DNA of 35,298 nucleotides from an uncultured bacterium (GTDB lineage Bacteria > SAR324 > NAC60-12), in assembly GCA_965662235.1 (NCBI GenBank), contig CBFIGY010000004.1, positions 92,373 through 127,670 on the forward strand, written 5' to 3'. The notes below the pieces were generated by a model. The model made no database searches. It saw nothing but the letters and a program-made list of their open reading frames with translations, and was not told where the DNA came from. A program made the position numbers and the translations under genes. This document shows, in pieces, positions 1 through 8,079 of the stretch (its first letter is position 1; each line of letters starts with the position of its first letter).

Positions 1-2
1 TG

Positions 3-1118
3 GCTTATGGTGAGTCCTGCACCTCAGAGGTCCGGACCTGCACAAACGGCGTTCTGAGTGGTGACTATGCCTACGCCAGCTGCGAAGTGATGCCGAATGA
101 GTGCCTCTCGTTGGCGCCTGGAGTGAATGAAATTTCGCTGCAGCAGACGGACCCCACCCGCAGCTGGAAGGGAAGCGCCTGTCTGAATCTTCCAGAATCC
201 ATGACCTCGCTATCGCTCTATGGGTTTGGGGAGTCAAGCCTAGTGGCCCTGGAAAACTTCTTTCCTCAGAGCCAGCCGGAAGCAACTGCCGCGCTGCAGG
301 AATTCATTTGGTTCGATAGCAACTTAGGGAATTTTTCGAGCCTAGGGACGCAGGTGCACCCGGAGTTTACGTGGGATGCCGGCGCTTGGGAGGTCTCTAC
401 CATCAACGTCACCTCTCTGAAAGCGGTGCTCCGGACAACGCCGCAACCAGAAAACCCAACCGTGCAGCTGGCGCCGTTCCTAGCATCGTCTCAATTTGAA
501 GAGTCTGACTTGGCAGACGCGCTCAAGGAGGCGCAGTCAATTTTCCAAGAAGCTGGAGTACAGGTGCAGCTTAAGTCGACCACGACTCTAGAGAGTGCTT
601 ATGAGACCGTTGGTGATTTTGACACCGCCAAGACGTCTGAGATGGTTCTGCAGGGAGGCATCGAGTCCGTGAACCTGTTCTTTGTCGATGACTTGGACGG
701 TTACGGCCTGTCAGGTCTGCTGGGGAAGGCCGCTGGCATTCCGGGGTCTGCTGGGGTGCAGAGTGCCTTCAACGGTGTGCTCATCAGCCTGAGTGGACAC
801 GAGGTCGACCACCACTTAGACGACAATTTGCTGGCAGAAACGATTGCTCATGAGAGCGGGCACTTTCTGGGGCTCTTTCATACCAGCGAAAGCGGTGGGA
901 AGCTGTTTGACCCCCTCTCTGACACGCCTGAATGTCCGGATTCACAGGACCTCGACCAGAACCAGCAGATGAGTGCTGAGGAGTGTGAGGGGCTTGATGG
1001 AACCAATGTGATGTTCTGGACGACCTTCAGTTCATCTTCCCGCGACAAAGGGTTTCAGCAGCACACCCTTTCCCCCCTTCAAGTCGAAGTCTTGGCGCGT
1101 TCTCCCATTGCCTTCTGA
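3..1118 (+). CDS. Zinc metalloprotease, metzincin (M43/pappalysin-like) with upstream Cys-rich module; 5'-truncated by window edge
   Basis: HESGHFLGLFH matches HExxHxxGxxH (849-881); Met-turn NVM follows. The frame is open from base 3 (AYGESCTSEVRTCTNGVLSGDYAYASCEV...), so the listed GTG start at 87 is probably internal. Confidence 0.8.
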   Translation, partial: AYGESCTSEVRTCTNGVLSGDYAYASCEVMPNECLSLAPGVNEISLQQTDPTRSWKGSACLNLPESMTSLSLYGFGESSLVALENFFPQSQPEATAALQEFIWFDSNLGNFSSLGTQVHPEFTWDAGAWEVSTINVTSLKAVLRTTPQPENPTVQLAPFLASSQFEESDLADALKEAQSIFQEAGVQVQLKSTTTLESAYETVGDFDTAKTSEMVLQGGIESVNLFFVDDLDGYGLSGLLGKAAGIPGSAGVQSAFNGVLISLSGHEVDHHLDDNLLAETIAHESGHFLGLFHTSESGGKLFDPLSDTPECPDSQDLDQNQQMSAEECEGLDGTNVMFWTTFSSSSRDKGFQQHTLSPLQVEVLARSPIAF

Positions 1119-1266
1119 TCTCTCTTCTTGAGCCCCCCGGTAAGAATCGAGGCCTGTTCCAAGGTCGATGGGGGCGATAAGATCTGAAACACATTTTCTC
1201 GGCCCGGCCCCTTGGGAAAGCCGGATCAATCCGCTACGCTGATGGAGGCTTTTTGACCTCCAACGG

Positions 1267-2541
1267 ATGCAGATGATGGAACGGATTGCAGTGATTGGCA
1301 GCGGCATGGCAGGGCTGGCTGCCGGCTGGTTGTGTCAGCAGGGCGGGCATGAGGTGACGGTGTTCGAGGCGCAGCCACGTCGGGGCATGGACGCACACAC
1401 GCTGGATGTGGCGCACGCGGAGGGCTCCGGGCACGTCGATGTGCCATTGCGGGTGATGAGTCCGCACGCGTGGTCCAACGTCCTGAGCCTCTGTGAGCAG
1501 GTGGGGGTGGAGACGTTTGAGGTGGACACCTTTGCGGCCTGCAGCTGGCTTCAGGGAGAAACCTGGTTTCGCAGCGAGAAGCTCCGGCTGGGAGGTTGGG
1601 GCATCCCGTGGGCCAAGGGACGTTTTCTCTTTACCGCCCAGTCTCTGGTGCTGCTAAAAGGATTTTGGCAGCTCTGGCAGGGGGCTCGGACGTTGGAAGA
1701 TCCGGACCTGACGCTGCGGGAGTTTGCCGACCAGCAGCAGTTTCCTCCGCTGTTTTGGAAAGGGCTGGTGCTGCCCCTGCTCACCACCATCTGCACCTGC
1801 GACGTGGAAACGCTGGAGCGCTGGCCGGCCCAGCACCTCCTGAGGCTTCTGCAGCAGATTGTCCATGGGAAGCACCTGGTCCGCCTCCGTGGAGGAACCC
1901 GAGCGCTGGTCTCCGGACTGGCGGAATCGCTTTCGTTTGTCAGTGGAAGCCCGGTGGCGTCCGTGACGGCTTCAGCAGAGGGGGTGGAGGTCTGGAATGA
2001 AGCCGGTGACGGAGGCACCTTCGACCGCGTCATCTCCGCGGTGCAGGCGAATCAGCTGGGCTTTCTCGGAGACGCGTTTACCGAAGAGCGGGCCCTGTTG
2101 AGCCGCTTCCCGTATGCTTCCGGAACGCTGTGGGTGCACCAGGACACGCGGTTCATGCCGAAGCGTCCGGAAGACTGGGCCGCGCTGCACTACCAGATGC
2201 CCGCCGATTTCACCGAGTCCATGTTTACGGTGTGGGTCAACCCGGTGGAACCCAGCCTGGGTCCTGCGGATCCGGTGTTTCAGACCTGGGACCCCCTCTT
2301 TGAACCCGACCCAGAGACCGTCCTTGCCGTGGTTCCGCTGCAACGTGCCGTCGTGGGACCCGAGAATGCCGAGCTGCTGGAGAGGCTCACGGACCTGCAG
2401 CGTCAGCCCGATCGGCGGGTGTTTTTCTGCGGCTCCTATGCCTCAGCCGGGGTGCCGCTACTGGAATCGGCAGTACGCTCCGCTTTGACGGTTGCCGGAC
2501 AGCTGGGAGTGACCCCCTCTTGGAATCCAACCTGGAACTGA
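1267..2541 (+). CDS. FAD/NAD(P)-binding oxidoreductase (amine oxidase-like, COG2907-type)
   Basis: N-terminal IAVIGSGMAGLAAG Rossmann motif, VTVFEA, VDVPLRV, C-terminal FFCGSY...LLESAVRSA; 424 aa. Start could be 1267, 1273 or 1276. Confidence 0.8.
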   Translation: MQMMERIAVIGSGMAGLAAGWLCQQGGHEVTVFEAQPRRGMDAHTLDVAHAEGSGHVDVPLRVMSPHAWSNVLSLCEQVGVETFEVDTFAACSWLQGETWFRSEKLRLGGWGIPWAKGRFLFTAQSLVLLKGFWQLWQGARTLEDPDLTLREFADQQQFPPLFWKGLVLPLLTTICTCDVETLERWPAQHLLRLLQQIVHGKHLVRLRGGTRALVSGLAESLSFVSGSPVASVTASAEGVEVWNEAGDGGTFDRVISAVQANQLGFLGDAFTEERALLSRFPYASGTLWVHQDTRFMPKRPEDWAALHYQMPADFTESMFTVWVNPVEPSLGPADPVFQTWDPLFEPDPETVLAVVPLQRAVVGPENAELLERLTDLQRQPDRRVFFCGSYASAGVPLLESAVRSALTVAGQLGVTPSWNPTWN

Positions 2542-2544
2542 ATC

Positions 2545-3354
2545 ATGCCGGCGTCAGAAGCCCAGCTGGCCATTGACGTTGCTCTGCTCCAGGAGCTTTT
2601 CCCCAAAGATGCATCCGGCGCCTCGCCTCTCCCCTGGAGCAACTTGGGCAAGTGGACCTCCGGAAGTGACTACCGTGCTGCCGCTGCAGCCTTGGCACGA
2701 GACCTGGGGAATGCGGTGCAGCTGCAGCCAACCGACCACGTTTTGGACCTCGCGTGTGGTTACGGCGCCAGCCTGGCGCTGTGGGAGAGTGGGTTTGGGG
2801 TTCAGGTGTGTGACGCGGTGGAAGGGCAGCAGCGGTGCACCGCGTGGCTCCGTCAACAGACCCCGGGATGCCTGAGGCACCTGCATGAGGGGTGGCTGGA
2901 AACCTTTGAGCCGGAACCGGCTTCTTACGATGTGCTCCTTTGCGTCGATGCGGCGTATCACTTTGCCACCCCGGAACACTTTCCGCATCAGCTGCACCGT
3001 TGGCTCCGTCCTGGCGGACGTTTTGCCTTTCACACCCTTGTGCTGAAGGAGGCGCAGCGACCCACGCGCTGGAAAACGCTGCTGCAGCAGGCCCAGATGG
3101 TCGAGCTGGCTCCGCGCATCACATGGGAGCACGCTTGGGAGGCGGGTCAGTGGGACCGGGTGACGGTGGAGGACCTTACCCGTTTTGTCCTAGACGGGTT
3201 CCCGGTTTTTGTCCAAAACCGGAGGGCTGAGCTATCGTGGAGAAACCGGATGTCGCGAGGCTGGGCGAAAATCGTTCTGACGGCGTGGCTGTGTCGGGTG
3301 CTGCAGCAAGAAGGAAGGGTGCAGTACGTCCGGATTTCCGGACGCAAGCGTTAG
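2545..3354 (+). CDS. Class I SAM-dependent methyltransferase (sterol/tocopherol/CFA-like)
   Basis: VLDLACGYG motif I, YDVLLCVDAAYHF, LRPGG, N-terminal WSNLGKW; 3 nt after the oxidoreductase stop. Confidence 0.85.
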   Translation: MPASEAQLAIDVALLQELFPKDASGASPLPWSNLGKWTSGSDYRAAAAALARDLGNAVQLQPTDHVLDLACGYGASLALWESGFGVQVCDAVEGQQRCTAWLRQQTPGCLRHLHEGWLETFEPEPASYDVLLCVDAAYHFATPEHFPHQLHRWLRPGGRFAFHTLVLKEAQRPTRWKTLLQQAQMVELAPRITWEHAWEAGQWDRVTVEDLTRFVLDGFPVFVQNRRAELSWRNRMSRGWAKIVLTAWLCRVLQQEGRVQYVRISGRKR

Positions 3355-3590
3355 GCGCGTTGGAGGTGCACGAACTCTGACTCGGGCCTATAGAGGTGCG
3401 GGTTGGGGCAGTGCCGGACGTTCAGGTAGTGAGCGGTGCCGTGCTTGAAGAGTCCCCTGACCTCGTAACACTCTCCTTCAATCCGCAGAAGGGCCAGTTC
3501 GTTGATGCGCTCCCAGATTTCGGGAGGAACCTCCATGCGGAGACCGTGATGGAACCCGTAGAGTCCGTAGATCGCAATCTGTATGGGCAT
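3351..3590 (-). CDS. Small hypothetical protein (79 aa)
   Basis: ATG start, protein-like composition, fills the gap between methyltransferase and lutB; stop overlaps the methyltransferase stop (TTAG). No family recognised. Confidence 0.5.
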   Translation of the reverse strand: MPIQIAIYGLYGFHHGLRMEVPPEIWERINELALLRIEGECYEVRGLFKHGTAHYLNVRHCPNPHLYRPESEFVHLQRA

Positions 3591-3705
3591 GGTCGGGACG
3601 TTTCTAAGGAGATGCGAACGATGAGTTCAATCACAAAACGGTAGTCATGAAAACACTGGTGAAAAGATGATGTCAAGTTTTTTTTAGAAGACCTGGCCGT
3701 TATCA

Positions 3706-3734
3706 TGGAAAAGCATTGAAACTTGTGCTAGGCT
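3706..3734 (+). promoter_or_regulatory. Candidate sigma70 promoter for lutB
   Basis: TGGAAA-17 nt-TAGGCT with extended -10 TG, in an AT-rich intergenic region ~95 nt upstream of the ATG. Confidence 0.3.
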
Positions 3735-3829
3735 GACGCCTCAATTCGGGTCTGGATGTCGTCACAGAAGAAGCCGGATTCCGGAGGCTAGATGCGACAA
3801 ACCCTCTAATTTTCTTTGGAAAACCTCAC

Positions 3830-5263
3830 ATGCAAACCCTATCGGCAGAGTCTTTTGCTCAGGACAGTACGGAGGCATTAGCCAATCCGCAACTGCGTCG
3901 CAATTTTCGGCAGGCGATGGACGGTCTCATGGTCAAGCGCAGGGTCCAGTTTTCTCAGGCGGAGGAGACGGAAGCTTTTCGTGAGTTAGGCTATCGCATT
4001 CGAAAAAATGCGCTGCGGCAGCTCCCGGAGTTGCTGGAGCGTCTTGAAGCCCGCTGTCAGGAAAACGGAATTCAGGTGCACTGGGCTGAGACACCGGAGG
4101 AGGCGAATCAGCTGGTCTATCGCATTGCGCAGGCGCATCAGGCCCGGACCTTTGTGAAGGGAAAATCGATGGTTTCCGAGGAGATGGAGCTGAACCACTT
4201 CTTGGAAGCCAAGGGGCTGGAATCGCTGGAATCGGACCTGGGTGAGTACATTGTGCAGCTGCGCCGAGAGCTTCCGTCCCACATCATCATGCCTGCCATT
4301 CACCTCAATGCCGACCAGATTTCCGGGACCTTTCAGGAAATGAAGGTCAGCACCACCCGGTCGGAAAGTGCGGAGGAAATGACGGCCTTGGCCCGGGAAG
4401 CCTTGCGGAAAAAATTCCATGATGCCGACATCGGAATTTCCGGAGTCAACTTTGCGGTGGCAGAAACCGGGACCCTCTGTCTGGTAGAAAATGAAGGAAA
4501 CGGACGCTTCTGCACCACGCTTCCGCCGGTGCACATTGCGCTGATGGGGATTGAAAAAGTGGTGGAGCACCTGAGCGATGTGCCGCCGCTGCTGCATGTG
4601 CTGACGCGCTCAGCGACCGGGCAGCCGATCACGACCTACTTCAACATGATCTCGTCGCCACGTCAGGACGGGGAGCGCGACGGCCCGCAGGAGGTGCACC
4701 TGGTGCTGCTCGACAACGGACGCTCCCGGATGCACGCAGACGACCTGCTGCAGGACACGCTGCTCTGCATCCGCTGTGGGGCCTGCATGAACCACTGCCC
4801 CGTCTACAGTCGCATTGGGGGGCATGCCTACAGCAGCGTTTATCCCGGGCCAATTGGAAAGATCCTGACGCCACAGATGCAGGGCTTGCATGACGCCGGA
4901 CACCTGGCCTCGGCATCAAGCCTGTGTGGGGCCTGCGTGGAGGTGTGTCCCGTGAAGGTGCCGATTACGGACATCCTTTTGAACCTGCGGGAGCGCAAGG
5001 CGACAGAGGCGCAGCAGGAGCCGTGGAACACGCCCACAGGCGCCAAGGCACGTTTGGAAAAGTGGGTTTGGAAGGGGTGGAAGACTGTTTTTGCCAACCC
5101 GTCCGCCTATCGCCTTCAGGCGCAGGCGGTGACCCGGTTGGGGAAGACGCTCCCGGCGAAGGCACCGCTGCTGAAGGCCTGGACTCAGGTCCGGACCAAG
5201 CCGCGCTTCGCCGAGCGCTCCTTGCATGAGCTGGCTGCTGCTGCCGGCATTCCGGAGCAGTAG
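3830..5263 (+). CDS. lutB: L-lactate utilization iron-sulfur protein LutB/LldF
   Basis: KGKSMVSEE, ESDLGEYIVQL, PSHIIMPAIH, VENEGNGR, CIRCGACMNHCPVY, YPGPIG, SSLCGACVEVCPVKV. Confidence 0.95.
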   Translation: MQTLSAESFAQDSTEALANPQLRRNFRQAMDGLMVKRRVQFSQAEETEAFRELGYRIRKNALRQLPELLERLEARCQENGIQVHWAETPEEANQLVYRIAQAHQARTFVKGKSMVSEEMELNHFLEAKGLESLESDLGEYIVQLRRELPSHIIMPAIHLNADQISGTFQEMKVSTTRSESAEEMTALAREALRKKFHDADIGISGVNFAVAETGTLCLVENEGNGRFCTTLPPVHIALMGIEKVVEHLSDVPPLLHVLTRSATGQPITTYFNMISSPRQDGERDGPQEVHLVLLDNGRSRMHADDLLQDTLLCIRCGACMNHCPVYSRIGGHAYSSVYPGPIGKILTPQMQGLHDAGHLASASSLCGACVEVCPVKVPITDILLNLRERKATEAQQEPWNTPTGAKARLEKWVWKGWKTVFANPSAYRLQAQAVTRLGKTLPAKAPLLKAWTQVRTKPRFAERSLHELAAAAGIPEQ

Positions 5264-5264
5264 G

Positions 5265-6092
5265 CTACGCCGCGCCTCCGCCGACGCCTTGCTCCCGGAA
5301 CCACTGGAGCATGGCCTTCCAGCCCTGCTGAGCCGCGTCCGGATGGTAGGAGGGGCGGTAGTCGGCATGAAAGCCGTGCTCGGCGCCTGGGTACACCACA
5401 ATCTCACAGGGATGCGGTGCGGCCTGGAGTTCGGCACGCATGGCTTCCACTGTGTCCAACGGAATGCCCGCGTCCCGTTCGCCATAGAGGCCCAGCACGG
5501 GCGACTTGAGGGTGCCTGCCACTTCCACCGGATGCTGCGGCATCTGGGACGTGGCCTCTCCGGCGAGCTTCCCGTACCAGGCGACTCCAGCCCGCAGGCG
5601 CTCGCTCTGCGCCGCATACATCCACACCGCTCGTCCTCCCCAGCAGAATCCTGTGACGCCCACCCGGTCCAGGTCGCCCCATCCGGAAGCTTCCGCCCAG
5701 TCGAGCGCTGCGTCTAGGTCGCCACACATCTGTGCATCGGGGACGGCGTAGGCGATCTGGCGGATGGGCTCGATCTCCGTGTGCTGCGTGACATCGCCCT
5801 GGCGGATCAGCAGGTCGGGGGCAATGGCTAGGTAACCCGCTTTGGCCAGGCGCCGGCAGGTGTCCCGGATGTACTCATGCAGCCCAAAGATTTCCATGGT
5901 CACGAGGACCACGGGGAAGCGTCCGGACCCGACAGGACGGGCGAAGTAAGCGGGAATCGTTTCCTCTCCCACAGGAAGCTCGAACTCACCACAGCCGAGT
6001 CCAATGGAATCGGTGCGGATGGCTCGAGCCGGGAGGGGGTTCGCCGCCACATGGTGGGGAGAAGCACTGGCCGAGGGTGCGGAAGGGGTCAT
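5265..6092 (-). CDS. Dienelactone hydrolase family protein (carboxymethylenebutenolidase-like)
   Basis: EIFG, nucleophile elbow GFCWGG, D in ERDAGI, HGF; alpha/beta hydrolase Cys-Asp-His triad. ATGA overlap with msrB stop. Confidence 0.93.
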   Translation of the reverse strand: MTPSAPSASASPHHVAANPLPARAIRTDSIGLGCGEFELPVGEETIPAYFARPVGSGRFPVVLVTMEIFGLHEYIRDTCRRLAKAGYLAIAPDLLIRQGDVTQHTEIEPIRQIAYAVPDAQMCGDLDAALDWAEASGWGDLDRVGVTGFCWGGRAVWMYAAQSERLRAGVAWYGKLAGEATSQMPQHPVEVAGTLKSPVLGLYGERDAGIPLDTVEAMRAELQAAPHPCEIVVYPGAEHGFHADYRPSYHPDAAQQGWKAMLQWFREQGVGGGAA

Positions 6093-6493
6093 GTTTTCTC
6101 CTGAGGTTCGAAGTGCAAAGAAACCGAATTGATGCAGTAGCGCAATCCGGTAGGTTGAGGACCATCTTCAAACACGTGTCCCAGGTGGGACGCACAACGG
6201 CTGCAGTGGACTTCCGTACGGCGCATGAAGAGGCTGTTGTCGTCCTCGGTTTCCACGGCCTTGGCTTCCAGGGGCTGCCAAAAACTAGGCCACCCGCTTC
6301 CGGAGTCATACTTGTGGCTGGCGTCAAACAGGTCCTGGCCACAGGCAACGCAGCGATACCGACCGGGGCGCTTCTCTTCGTTGTAAGCACCGGTGAAGGC
6401 CCGTTCGGTTCCTTTGTTTCGGCAAACGTCATACTGTTCGGGAGTCAGTTGCGCTCTCCATTCACTCTCCGTTTTCTCGAGTTTTTCCACCAT
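6089..6493 (-). CDS. msrB: Peptide-methionine (R)-S-oxide reductase
   Basis: KGTERAFTG, CVAC and CSRC zinc pairs, GWPSF, HLGHVFEDGP, GLRYCINS. Confidence 0.97.
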   Translation of the reverse strand: MVEKLEKTESEWRAQLTPEQYDVCRNKGTERAFTGAYNEEKRPGRYRCVACGQDLFDASHKYDSGSGWPSFWQPLEAKAVETEDDNSLFMRRTEVHCSRCASHLGHVFEDGPQPTGLRYCINSVSLHFEPQEKT

Positions 6494-6639
6494 CTCTCTT
6501 TCCCTTTGTCGCGGGGTTGCAGAAGCAATAGCTGTTACAAAATGACAAAACAGTTGAATTCCCTCTCCTGTCTTACTCGACTATGATTGGGATTGACCGT
6601 TTTGCATTCCTCCCAAAAACATTACTCAATTACTTCAGT

Positions 6640-7950
6640 ATGATGTTCTGCTCTCGCTTTCTGCGCAAGTCCTCCCTTGCTCTTTTTTTCGTCTTTCTCA
6701 GCGTCTCCTCGCTCCTGGCACTGGATCGCCGACGGGATCAGTTCCCCACGGACTTCGGTTACCTGGTGGCGCCCATTCCGTACATTCTCCCGGGAGCTGG
6801 AGCCGGGCTGGGGGTGCTCGGGGGCTTCAACAACATTCCCTTCGGCAGCACCGAAACCACGGTGGATGTGTTTGCTGTGGGCATTGGTGGAGGCAACATT
6901 ACGGGAACGATTGCGGGCATCACCGACATCCCACTTTGGCCCGAAACCTTACTGCTTGATCTAACCAGCGTCAACTTCAATAAGGGAACTCAGAAAGTTT
7001 ATCGCTCCCGTGGCATGGATCCTGACTCGGATCCGGAGGATTTTTTCTACACGGAGCTGACGGACACGCACCTGCAGGGAGGGCGGCTGATCCTGACGCT
7101 GGCGGAGCGTATGTTTGAGGTCTTTACCATTCAGTACGACATTGATGCTGCCACCAGTGGCATCCTCGACAACGAGGGGGAGCGGCTGTACACCTACGAC
7201 CCCCCGCAGCGTTTCAAGTTCCAGAGCCGCTCCTACGGAACGCAGGTGGACTGGACCGATGACCGGACGGATCCGCACAAGGGCCTCCGCTTTGTGTACA
7301 CCCGCTCCAGCACCCCAAGCAATGACGAATCCACCAGCACGCTGCAGCAGGTGGAGTATTACACGCAGGACTACAACACCACCGCCTACCTGCCGCTGTG
7401 GGGCAGCAGCAACCTAGCTCTGAACTACTACCGGTCCATGGCTGTGGTGCAGCAGCAGGGCGAGACGGACGTCAACGTCATCTACAGTGAGCTGGAGAGT
7501 GAGCAGTGTGCCAACGGCTGCAGCGCCGTGGAGCGGACCGCCCTTTATGACACGGCTCAGGATCAGGCGACCACCAACCGCTACGGCACCGCAGGCTCCC
7601 TAGGGGGCTCTTCACGGCTCCGCTCCTTTGCCGGAGGGCGCTTCAGTGGCGCTCAGGTCGGGTTCCGGGCCGCTGAGTTCCGCTGGAACATCACTGACGA
7701 AAACACACCCTTCGACCTCTACTTCATCAGAGACGTCCGGACGGGCTTCCAGCTCGCGTTCTTCTATGAGGAAGGGTCCGTGGCAGACACGGAAAGCGAC
7801 CTGTGGAGCCAAAAACGGACCTCCACCGGAGTGGGTGCCCGCCTCGTGACCAGCTCCGGATTCGTTTACCGTTTTGATGTCGCCAACGGCGAGGAAGGCA
7901 GCGAGGTCATCCTCTTCATTGACTATCCCTGGGGCACCATTTCCCAGTAG
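6640..7950 (+). CDS. Outer-membrane beta-barrel, Omp85/BamA-TamA surface-antigen-like
   Basis: Signal peptide (RFLRKSSLALFFVFLSVSSLLA), amphipathic strands, DDRTDPHKG, GGSSRLRSF (VRGF-like loop motif), GVGARL..FVYRFDVA C-terminal strands. Start trimmed from 6583 to the ATG preceding the signal peptide. Confidence 0.7.
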   Translation: MMFCSRFLRKSSLALFFVFLSVSSLLALDRRRDQFPTDFGYLVAPIPYILPGAGAGLGVLGGFNNIPFGSTETTVDVFAVGIGGGNITGTIAGITDIPLWPETLLLDLTSVNFNKGTQKVYRSRGMDPDSDPEDFFYTELTDTHLQGGRLILTLAERMFEVFTIQYDIDAATSGILDNEGERLYTYDPPQRFKFQSRSYGTQVDWTDDRTDPHKGLRFVYTRSSTPSNDESTSTLQQVEYYTQDYNTTAYLPLWGSSNLALNYYRSMAVVQQQGETDVNVIYSELESEQCANGCSAVERTALYDTAQDQATTNRYGTAGSLGGSSRLRSFAGGRFSGAQVGFRAAEFRWNITDENTPFDLYFIRDVRTGFQLAFFYEEGSVADTESDLWSQKRTSTGVGARLVTSSGFVYRFDVANGEEGSEVILFIDYPWGTISQ

Positions 7951-8079
7951 CGACAACCGCTTCCGGAGGGGCCGACAAAACGATACATATCTATACGATT
8001 GGGAGATGCCCCTCCTGGTCTTTCCTGCCATGATGATGACTACCGACCGCCTCTGCTCACCTTCAGAAAGTTACCTTGC

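Noticed and set aside
1132..1175. Imperfect hairpin (GCCCCC…ATCGA…TCGAT-GGGGGC) after the protease gene
   Set aside because: Bulged, no U-tract, and no riboswitch or ncRNA consensus I can recognise; an Rfam/Infernal scan would be needed.
3671..3676. Perfect TTGACA on the minus strand; another on the plus strand at 32729-32734
   Set aside because: No acceptable -10 hexamer at 16-18 nt spacing.
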